NCBI GenBank assembly: GCA_963778115.1
Contig: CAVZSV010000004.1
Location: 32,001-96,000, forward strand
DNA length: 64,000 nt
Direction of reading: 5' to 3'
Source of the DNA: an uncultured delta proteobacterium
Lineage (GTDB): Bacteria > Bdellovibrionota > FAC87 > UBA2466
Part shown: positions 31,601 to 36,826 of the stretch, one piece after another
How positions within the stretch are numbered: position 1 is the stretch's first letter
Layout: each line of letters starts with the position of its first letter
Notes under the pieces: generated by a model
What the model was told of the DNA's origin: nothing
What the model saw: only the letters and a program-made list of their open reading frames with translations
Database searches by the model: none
Program-made: the position numbers and the translations under genes

Positions 31601-32709
31601 GGAATGGAGCAGACCTGTGCTTTTGTCGCGCAAGGAACGAAACGAGGAATCTGATCTTTCGTATTGAATGCTTCAACGGGTCGGCCCAGTGCAACTTTCA
31701 AAGCAGCTTGCTCGGCACCCGTTCGACGATCGAGATCAGCAAGTTTTTTTCCAAGGCTCTCGGGAAGAATGAGTTCGGGTGGATTTTCAACGCCACCGTC
31801 TTGCCGGTGCATCCGTGCTTTATCGATGACTAGACGGCTATATTTTCTAAGGCCATGCATCAAAAGCAGCAGATTGCTCAATTCGAAAGTGGTTAACGGA
31901 TCTCCCACTTCGATCTTTTTCATGATCTCCGCCATGGGAGGAGTCATGAACCCTTTGGATTCGGCTCCCATTCGTTTAAGAAGTTTTGCGGTCAGCTCCG
32001 GCTGCTTACCCGTTTCGTCGTAAAGTTCGTGGTTGCGAGAGAAAAAGGGAGTACACTTCACCCCGTTTAATTCGACTTCATCGTCGTTTTTGGGCAACTC
32101 TTTGAAAGGTTCCGAGCGGTAAACGATCTTGCCTATCTCTTTTTCCCGACCCGTTAAGAAAGCAACGTAAGCGGCTTGCGCCTCGTTTAGAATATCGTTC
32201 ACTTCGGAGAGCGGTAAATCTTTGGGATCGATATTACCGAAAGGGTTTTTGCATTGGTTGTAGGGTTGAAAATACCCCATGTAGTCGGCGACCAGAAATT
32301 GATGCATTCCCGGAATTCGCGCTTTTACGATGGCTCCTAATTTCCAGTAGGCCTTGTGCAAAGCGGTGCGAAGCTCTTTGCGATCTTTGTCGTCGGCCTT
32401 TTCGTTAGCTTTCTTTTGAGCTTTGGGTTTATTAGCGGACGCTTCTTTTTTTGTGGCATCAGCAGGAGCGGTCTTCGGCGCATTTGCGGGCTGTTGCTGA
32501 GCTTGAGCAGTAGGAGCAGCTTTTGCGGGCTGGGATTTTTTGGCATTGGGAACCGTGGTAGCTCGGCGGGGAGCTTGAGCGGGAGTAGGGGCTACAGCCG
32601 ATGGTTGAGTTCGGGAAGCGGGAGCGGGTGTCGTCGCAACTTGCGCCCAGACGGTAGGCGGAACGATCATGTAGACGCAAAGATAGATTGTGACTATCTG
32701 TCTAAACAT
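19660..32709 (-). CDS. Giant (4349 aa) secreted hypothetical protein with internal hydrophobic helices and repeats
   Basis: Uninterrupted 13-kb ORF; signal peptide MFRQIVTIYLCVYMIVPPTVWA; G-rich RBS; no recognisable enzyme, RTX, Rhs or Ig motifs. Confidence 0.9.
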   Translation of the reverse strand: MFRQIVTIYLCVYMIVPPTVWAQVATTPAPASRTQPSAVAPTPAQAPRRATTVPNAKKSQPAKAAPTAQAQQQPANAPKTAPADATKKEASANKPKAQKKANEKADDKDRKELRTALHKAYWKLGAIVKARIPGMHQFLVADYMGYFQPYNQCKNPFGNIDPKDLPLSEVNDILNEAQAAYVAFLTGREKEIGKIVYRSEPFKELPKNDDEVELNGVKCTPFFSRNHELYDETGKQPELTAKLLKRMGAESKGFMTPPMAEIMKKIEVGDPLTTFELSNLLLLMHGLRKYSRLVIDKARMHRQDGGVENPPELILPESLGKKLADLDRRTGAEQAALKVALGRPVEAFNTKDQIPRFVPCATKAQVCSIPATSQEFEENAFCLCDAKEENVQEMDERIMLELLPPDPTKPQERPHKSYLSATKQLAIKGRLVELAAANTFLPKDSQLTVPQACFNKDVDPYIALFNDLNHVSPRRAWIENLAKSVAVLEKEYREGTTELPVPPVNTSTDFYQVAENLVLGATKALTTERNKQISGSSMQQQQVVQTPAAEDQGEGGDGNANASLAGNLIKAMPFEERIREGKKTASQDLANQFGQKLALWSLLIQNDLEKLSDEEFENRNAVVEKMVREVLLYALSDALRVYGTNAVTLSSNEQVANYFNYLWDASYRPKWEAYLASSNFEPELNRMASAVTKRLMAYPGFEKKYDATAEADEIARRRVRELMPLYEEAVRAEQAEQYMHEHELGKKVIPALVSGGSVLPNWMNPAPGLVSTSTVNDWINPWNNFNYPYREAQVPNATLAPAPFQVADGYGREGQYPFFTLDPVTGMTNPANGRDYVIVKKGLQNIVGRTQKDITKKLIAKGFTDDLVRKSFRQEVKKTDGTVESLTIDSTDALTAQVIAKFNETLEANPYKDRGVVTRLRGDYFSALRKWMRENPQEATRTYEAAEVEFANALYDNYLRPKLTNRPKQGDTKEWKALFEKTLQVIHDREILIGKMDETIASHKTDQIVKLHEVYKAQEETLEKLHKTLTGFVDVNGVLLQNHVLDSPELWVKFATEYKDDKGKDALSWYDDATLIFKNQYLSRFFEERALFGTHQALNSGFLDSFGPKGFEYDGKNSLKKLAEDARKIGDDEPYDVSIPVQQWDGVTGTPNEKVPAVSAKVIPWKDNEPKQKAEWVRVWRVTGKNYAQGKYVSVKASSLRLNALPTLSVDAKNPLANPKALYIRLWLQDGLFANGKWDTALKRLDSIVPLGTSLNMPLTARQKAQKAYDAAISARAIILRDGWYGQDVAQINDLQAAPPAANDLLPEVDRFLSELSHRMHATEHKDKGNDVYLKASDFLTKKALKDHNLYDSWLSRMDVVRDQVRKAIEAKNAETLKTLYPHARFLFSRLPVFILGRSVNTGTVTWAKDDFVKSMREVLFPSFETFRENVLDLMVQAEAPKKDPATQIEEAEKTIERVQQELWQLDREEVSLFGYIERGRRFVFDNTVAKLIGYDASDKFNNEEIRKNKKEEIDRATELRDRARLDLKAATDLNRILSNYLPKLPEAQTARVVLAEQLKPEFWDAFFKDQFLNTSEDLFGKPLTISAKAPVAIARVQTITPARVLEDLNEIAKVAKGTASIQPGVASEYMEDLVAYCKAGNEPRMADAFARNYQQSLLTDAKLLSTPRSFALVQNLWTNPGNLKELGNEAQFSIHRLKQIWNLREGRSEVEKKTSFLPVALNLLGQVMNTGVIFDASPLAFPSIKEACETLEKRATVFKTQMDTEWAKEHRILPTTALAYWEEIVEPATALFQGPSNTFGPIALVSDAGKMEKQAWFRHGPTDEYPDAKAAVERRKTDATEAQNEALIAFFGLNALTPEMIKKIVGEEANLPAKLTSEDVKDRLTVVSHLTPRERESLYTKVRGYLSGLLLAEPSFKAWKHEMVSREGNADDGFEFSGFPEVGPQGVSPVVQGQAASTPRTAQPVPPGAKPATANPAKPTPALAPVVGGTKPVVTKPPTANRLNPAASTAVANGQAASLAPPAPPAPSTAVVGIAPPPPLSDTQILFQPLTDSSLTYQKWVTGVREKLALWDKLKKDPNFSGTSTVLFDALTTGIFTDFVGPHTHYRLEHHRLFVPKTETQNNRLRTGLVEFTSYSNIERYQIIEDIRELFFAEENRLRSAHEQRVTSLEAKKNSLKTFEEKEKERKEKEKAEEKGVKDADAFTPEPFKKELAFESNSYQHDSDARLLEFWQKHFSDDTEEARTKDGQPKTEYAGVSVNGWGQYWREKNGKAEVPYFKNEQSKAFTWKWAPSGEQTEESFLFQNWLSDLSSDSDVKSAFTEKTAKRFKDNEWHLWDAFDSIEEFKKSPLYGQILTLMQQADRNARTTSEPGTYPYFLALLNWNLNPNRYGVIPDVSTGINQGPLKDVHRAGLMREITDHLKWNLKSFDGWEWVLKSWGRAEDWRIVAQGKRDFLIAVGDRRMGNSLVGGTYVENPNWVPGKYAARATGINTFGATYGFRPTPVHPLERRSFSAFKSPEEYLNWVQNPKNYLSYRINGDDVERPLYQQMVATKNELVGEWNLRENNPLKRDRMNNRGRSDALGGEFRFIDAKGPRATAIVDRAKLLGIKTSGDEVARVVKVREAWIDFRRQVDELRVKYPFEGAVYLQKRGNSVAIDGGWALSTDAAKRIPGMLQKFADQVGYPNQPQLPWAGKTETYGLGALYEADRIAEWAVLGSATPANRKRLEAVEGVIGDYYTEEVLLLEYQRGAKRIGDNIVGRLDKLCTLDVENIETDEQFERASAEIKSAELVYFDNVLDFVNDYMPEGASRQAYYLLEELKTKRSLGQRLTEDYLEPFVAVGLGVMLVGSYFLKGPIGSGTGLALASHVGRLSLTLLFGYQVSMEVGELLYFGPERLKMLANIRDTDIEGYLPLMKDETGIMISDAARDLKEERGSVLGWMWRGWLALAAWQLASPTWQSLKGGWSAMVRKFGGEEYAKRQLVKQLKELGMAESELKEVGGQWKSASQLHEILETRSEKAFTEALSSGVDVFGNFSLDPELAKSYQRLVEKRITALQAQGGSAEAMARAFQCRAQVNASTPFISSQNLVFLHGSGESFGAQMMPTAIQVVGIPETAYDAFNWGVTKIGRGLRASKFTRWAASDSLIRPSTLLNEITPAVSGFQRSRQLLVFRRLSEVVSAADYRLRVTFAKMNGRVPSDEDMAELLTALFDDSHPMAAKLKSYLPAQVDARQVGADSKTVVEELATPQGREKLDLLQDINEIKSQWNLGGLPQDTSSAEFKKFIDILARKDFDALAAEMGNPGRVLLASLRPTQDALDAEAKAHVPYLDPLTAEKIKRLKVEKLALAFPTNGYLQLLYHDLLPAAEADSLKGILSEGLTSAYLERRLGMLRFRRALSEEQVALHKKAIRLTRAMEDMDARYRFVTPAKELGKTPINPQEFNTLAKRYLNAEKTMPQTFAEAHGVVFGEMQELAEFSASDLEEYYALQKRHFAGQTDQRLLEESYQLLRKLTSVGRPGSGPLSLENLSAVLSVPPEILVSAMGNRTVLLGNNFAKGIVTETLLGRTLPLDLEKRVSRQLSVLLTEAPVLTLKEATDALGIDYLAVANGMNGAMVERYARVTRNNLQNYFIKFSDELTGQARELAESMDPARQMSKHVDEAEAVIRKHIEWTRTTDERWQRTRRDVQARMQARRDSFPAEMVQGGSEFELNRHIDETTNFIIQFQDEVPTVKAPARQSEDAVREQLRAKISKDVYEQRTNFPENFRSFPTEKHIERLIDDTADEMMQWRKTPLTKREKAPETPAERWQRIREEVKARVEAKKESLPPQMTQGANREALNRYIDETTDAIIRFQDGLPAKEPVSNKWRQIETEVRARVQKDVRARMKSHPQDFQGWSDVQVNKLIDEQTDEIVALRQGKKIDPISRSKGPNGKPPEPPPTAAVPKDVPKPPAPPAPASAAPEAAPAGNVRARLSLKENPRVKRFVDAGAVDPKSVEIASENGSLKALQDFKLQRAMPTDLAEQEQWNKELADLKTLHLLDEIETLESEGIIDGEKATSILQAGIRSYVRSELHQIEMTEDMAYRDLKEFVAQASGGTLLRVQITEAQYVYGELYPMIAEAHQKLVAKAASMAADQWVAQQKLIARAMKAIERQVLAMPEFAHEGKLIKASGIQSEILASESQLPFEMLVQPEMLKEPEVLARLLKGPRNTNARKTADHMIQIFGDTKVNIELSSVELQREAFDLQVKERWLNTMGEGLFAQAQRDSAMEAEFGKFRTLFTRSHSRIQLQGGKEIPPFIDFTAAAPQGTAAPSAIIVPKTAQPEAPSKLWLPPGSDIKPPPEAQPGTEGQGPVK

Positions 32710-32785
32710 CGCCCCCCCGAACCACGCCTCTCGTCAAATTGCCCCCTAATTAACTCGAGTGCGACCTCTCGCGGATTGCGCGCCT

Positions 32786-32812
32786 TTTTCGGCACCTTCG
32801 CCTTTACCTTCA
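32786..32812 (-). promoter_or_regulatory. Sigma-28 (FliA)-like promoter of the giant gene
   Basis: Minus strand TGAA-N15-GCCGAAAA versus consensus TAAA-N15-GCCGATAA, ~77 nt upstream of the ATG. Confidence 0.5.
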
Positions 32813-33047
32813 CCGCGGATGTCTTTTAATGCATTTGTGTTTGAGACTTATACCAATTTTGACGCTTAGAGTCAATCAGAACGGTGAGTTATTTTGACGC
32901 AACATTCTGCTTGATTTTTTTCGTAGCCTTGTGTCATAAGGGCAACACTTGGCTAGCAAAATTCGTCTTCCTCTGCCTAAATTTTTAGGTGGAGCTTTCG
33001 TATTCCGTTGGCCAGTTAACAAACGGTATCTAATGAGGAAAACAAAG

Positions 33048-34010
33048 ATGAAATTGAATAAAATAGGTTGGAATTGGATCGCAAAGGTAGCTCTGGTAGG
33101 TGCCCTTTTTGGGCAACTCTCCGCTTTTGGAATAGACGTAGTTTCTACTGAACTGAAAACGCTCTTCAGTGCGTTGGATACCGTATCGGTAGCCGATGGA
33201 GAGGCTCTGCTCAGCAAGAGTTTGGCTGGCGATGCCGCTTCCGCGAAGTACATTGCTGGTTTCAAAATTCTTCACAAGAGCATCCACGGAAGTAAGAGCA
33301 TTACGCTGGCTCAATTCCGGGATTTCGCGAACCAAAATCATCTGACGTTGAATGCCACGTTGGGTGGGGTGACTGAACTTGTCACTGCAAAGAAGCCGGT
33401 CACTTTGGCTAATCTTCAAGGGACTGCTTCCATCGTTTCGTACACCAAAGCCCTTTCGGCGAATCAGGCGCAAACTGCGGTTGTCGGACTTCCGACGCAA
33501 CTTCCTGCCGCAACTACTGGCGGAGCAGTGAGCCCGGTGCAAGCCATGGCTTTTTACCAAGGCTACAGACCGGTTACTCCCGAATTTGCTCAACACCATG
33601 CCAAGACCAAGGGTTGCACCACGGCAGCCTGCACCATCGAGCAACAGCAGGTCGGTACCGTTCTTGCCGCCGCGAAAACGGCGTGCAACGGCTTAGAAAA
33701 AACCGTTCCTGACTGCACTACTTTAGCGATTCAAAGTTCTGAGAACTGGGCGGCCGGTACTTACTCCGGAATGCTCGCTGGTGGCGACGACGCTCAAAGC
33801 GGAACAGACTGGACCGCAGTCTCGTTGTACGGACAGAAATTGGGAACTGACCCGGCCGGTATCATGAAAGGCTGGAGAGTGATTACAGCGGAATCGCTTC
33901 AAAATCCCATTGAATATTACAATGCTCATCCCGAACTCAATAAATGTGTCCGTGGACGAGGTGACCAGAATGCGGATGCTAACGCCGTAGGCGCTGGCGC
34001 CGAAGGTTAA
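33048..34010 (+). CDS. Secreted hypothetical protein (~320 aa, several Cys)
   Basis: ATG 33048 preceded by GAGG; signal peptide MKLNKIGWNWIAKVALVGALFGQLSAFG; followed by a strong terminator. Confidence 0.8.
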   Translation: MKLNKIGWNWIAKVALVGALFGQLSAFGIDVVSTELKTLFSALDTVSVADGEALLSKSLAGDAASAKYIAGFKILHKSIHGSKSITLAQFRDFANQNHLTLNATLGGVTELVTAKKPVTLANLQGTASIVSYTKALSANQAQTAVVGLPTQLPAATTGGAVSPVQAMAFYQGYRPVTPEFAQHHAKTKGCTTAACTIEQQQVGTVLAAAKTACNGLEKTVPDCTTLAIQSSENWAAGTYSGMLAGGDDAQSGTDWTAVSLYGQKLGTDPAGIMKGWRVITAESLQNPIEYYNAHPELNKCVRGRGDQNADANAVGAGAEG

Positions 34011-34027
34011 GACATTCGATACCGTTT

Positions 34028-34065
34028 AAAAGGGGTGTGTCCGTCGGGCACACCCCTTTTTTTTT
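34028..34065 (+). terminator. Rho-independent terminator
   Basis: AAAAGGGGTGTGTCC-GTC-GGGCACACCCC followed by T9. Confidence 0.92.
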
Positions 34066-34437
34066 GCTCTAAAATATCGGGAAGAACTAGAGCTAGAGAA
34101 TAAAGCTAGTGCGAATGGCTAAAGCGAGTAATCGACCCAAGCGTGCGAAGTCTGCTTAAATGTGAACCTGAACTTCACCCTTGGACATGAACATAGACGT
34201 AAGCGTCTACACAAGGCAGAGCCGGTCATGATTTTAGGGGTTGCCACGCCGCTCTGCTCCTCAATGACAGCCAGGCTGTTCACGATCAAGATCACCGCTC
34301 ACGACGACGAACGTAGCGTGCCCTACAAGAGACAGCGCCATTATGATTTTAAGGACAAAGAGTTGTCATGGCGAGGAGCAGGAGGCAAGCGACTCGCCGA
34401 AGAATCCCCCTGCTGCATGAGTACCGCGCCGTTATAA

Positions 34438-36684
34438 CTACCTACCCCGTACCGCCGCCGGAGCTGCCCGTCTTACAGGAGCGGGTGCCGTGGTCTGGGG
34501 CTTGGCCGTCGTCGTAGCGGGGGCTGCTGCCTTCGAACCTTTGGGAGCCTCTGGCGGCCATTCCGCCGGCGTTTCAGAGGGCTTTTTCGCTGCATCCTGC
34601 TTTTCTTTTTCCGCTTTGGCCGCCGCGGCTTCGGCTTCGTCCGCCTTTTGTTGCTCGTCCATCTTGGCCTTCCACTTGGCCTCCTCTTCGTCAGTGAGAG
34701 GGAGAGGATTTTTATCGACGTCAACTAAGCCTTTATCTTTCATCGTTTCCAGAGTCTTAATTCCGGCTTCGAGATACTTAACGAGGTCGTTATACTTTCC
34801 ATTTTCTATCTCTTTGAGATCGGAGAAAAAGGCCGTTCGTTTTGTCTTGGGTAGTTTGGAAAGCGCATCCAATAAGTCCCGATAGAGGTCGTGATAACGA
34901 GAGGCTTTGAGCATCGCCGCCGGCGAAGCTACCGCTAACTCATCGATAATCTCTTCTAGCGTCGGCTCTCGACTCTCGGGGGAAAGGGTCTCGACATCTC
35001 TGTCACGTATCGAAGGTATATTCTTAAGTTCAGCGTAATTTGGAATCTCACGAAGCTTGGCAAAAAGGGTCATCCAAAACAGGCGATAATAGCGCACACT
35101 TTGTTCTTTATCTTCAGGCGGAGCCGGAATTCCCAATTCCTTAGCTAGATCTTCCACCTTTTTCCGAGCGGCTTGGTCTTCAGGCCCTTTTTCCGTGGGG
35201 TCCTTGTGTCGGATGAGATAATCCATTTCAGACAAAAGATGACACTGCTTAACCATCTCTAACGAACTTTGATTTCGAACGCTAACCGGCGAATGAAGTG
35301 TCTTAAAAACGCCCGCGTATTGGTCTTTCATGTCCCGCCAGAGGATCTCCACCATCAGACCAAGGGCGTCTTCCTTGAGCAGAGTGGCGTCGAAAATAGC
35401 CTGCTGTTCCGCCTGTCCCAGCGCACGATCGGCTTCGGTAGCGCGTTTCTGTTTTCTGATGGGCTCTTCGGTCAAAAAGCGAATGAGGCTATAGCTTCCA
35501 AAAACTAGAAGCGCCATGCCCAAAGCCGGTGCCCCCGTTCTAACGGAACGCTTGAACAGATTCTTCGTCGCCGCCATTCGGGATAGGCCTCTAAGAGGGT
35601 ATTGCTCTCCGTAAGTCATAGCTCGCCAGGTGGCCTTGACCGAAGTCGCTTCACTCTCCACCTGTCCGACATAACGACCGGTCTCCACACCAAACTTAGA
35701 GAGTTCGGGAACTGCCGTCGTTACCCCTGTCACTTCGGACATAAATTGGTCGGGGTTGGCCAACTTTGCCGTGATGGCACCAGGAGCAAGATTGAGCCTT
35801 TTTTCCGCATTGGGGCCAAGATCTTTTAGTAGCTCGTACTCGGTCTTATTAAGACGGTGGTACTCCCCAAAGGCATCGACTAGTTGCTCAAGTGTTGTAG
35901 CACTTGCCCCTGTGGCGGCAGTTGCCGTCGTAAATTCGCTAACCCCTTGTTCCGCGAGATCTCCGATCACTTTACTCTTCACGGATTCAGGGAGGTGTTC
36001 GAAGAGAAGTTTGGCGTCTTCGGATTTAGCCTGAAGAATGAGTTTTTCTAATTTCTGATCGGCCTTAAGCTTGGCCTTCTGGAGAGCTTCCCATTCGTTT
36101 TTATTGGCGTAGTTTTTTAAGAGATCAATCTCCTTACGAGCATTCTTCTGAAATGCTTTCCAGCCACTTCGATAATAGATAGCAGATGGAATTACGGTAG
36201 CGACAAGCAGAACGGAAAAGCGTGTGGCATCGGTAAAGGATTCTCCAAAAACCCGTTGGGCCATGGAGTAGTTAGACTCTTTGCCGTCGTTAGTTAGCTC
36301 AGGGCTTTTCGCTTCAATAATGGCCCTGTCAACTTTGTCGTATTTGGTTTTCTTTGCGGGGGTTGCCTCTTTTGTGGCCGGGGCTTTATCGGTAGCTGGC
36401 TTTTGAGTGGCATCATCCGTGGGAGCCGTTGCACCTTCTTTAGCAGGTTCTTCTTTTGTGACGGGAGCATTAGGCTGGGTAGCCGCCGGTTCTACTTTTA
36501 AATCAGTGGGAGCAATAGGAGGCGCTTCGGTATCTACTTTCGCGGGCTCAGTAGTCGCAGCCGCAGGCGCGGTTTGCGAAGCGGGTTTACTGGCTTGCTC
36601 GGCGTACGAAGCATAGGGCAAAAGCAAAGATCCAATAAGAGCAGACGAGACGAGCCGGTGAAGTAACCCATGTGACCCCTTCAA
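34438..36684 (-). CDS. Secreted/membrane hypothetical protein (~748 aa) with Ala/Pro/Lys-rich termini
   Basis: TTG start at 36684 with AAGGAGG 5 nt upstream; signal peptide ..SALIGSLLLPYASYA; two internal hydrophobic segments. Confidence 0.85.
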   Translation of the reverse strand: MKGSHGLLHRLVSSALIGSLLLPYASYAEQASKPASQTAPAAATTEPAKVDTEAPPIAPTDLKVEPAATQPNAPVTKEEPAKEGATAPTDDATQKPATDKAPATKEATPAKKTKYDKVDRAIIEAKSPELTNDGKESNYSMAQRVFGESFTDATRFSVLLVATVIPSAIYYRSGWKAFQKNARKEIDLLKNYANKNEWEALQKAKLKADQKLEKLILQAKSEDAKLLFEHLPESVKSKVIGDLAEQGVSEFTTATAATGASATTLEQLVDAFGEYHRLNKTEYELLKDLGPNAEKRLNLAPGAITAKLANPDQFMSEVTGVTTAVPELSKFGVETGRYVGQVESEATSVKATWRAMTYGEQYPLRGLSRMAATKNLFKRSVRTGAPALGMALLVFGSYSLIRFLTEEPIRKQKRATEADRALGQAEQQAIFDATLLKEDALGLMVEILWRDMKDQYAGVFKTLHSPVSVRNQSSLEMVKQCHLLSEMDYLIRHKDPTEKGPEDQAARKKVEDLAKELGIPAPPEDKEQSVRYYRLFWMTLFAKLREIPNYAELKNIPSIRDRDVETLSPESREPTLEEIIDELAVASPAAMLKASRYHDLYRDLLDALSKLPKTKRTAFFSDLKEIENGKYNDLVKYLEAGIKTLETMKDKGLVDVDKNPLPLTDEEEAKWKAKMDEQQKADEAEAAAAKAEKEKQDAAKKPSETPAEWPPEAPKGSKAAAPATTTAKPQTTAPAPVRRAAPAAVRGR

Positions 36685-36753
36685 CACTTCCTCCTTGGCG
36701 AAATCGCAGATGACGCACCATATCATAAAAGAAACTGAAACCAAACCTGAAAA

Positions 36754-36789
36754 ATTATACCTTGATGCATTGCGTTAAATAGGTATAAT
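36754..36789. promoter_or_regulatory. Palindromic divergent promoter region with TATAAT on both strands
   Basis: ATTATACCT-N18-AGGTATAAT; plus strand TTGATG-N16-TATAAT. Confidence 0.6.
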
Positions 36790-36826
36790 GCGGCCAATCA
36801 TGGTTTGAAATGGGGGTCCGTCCGCT

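Noticed and set aside
34080..34420. Possible tmRNA, RNase P RNA or group II intron (GTGCG at 34109)
   Set aside because: No tRNA-like acceptor/T-arm with CCA, no GAGGAAAGTCC, no domain V motif
34162..34437. 91-aa ORF in the structured intergenic region
   Set aside because: GTG start without an RBS, no motifs, and it lies downstream of a strong terminator; non-coding structure explains the region better
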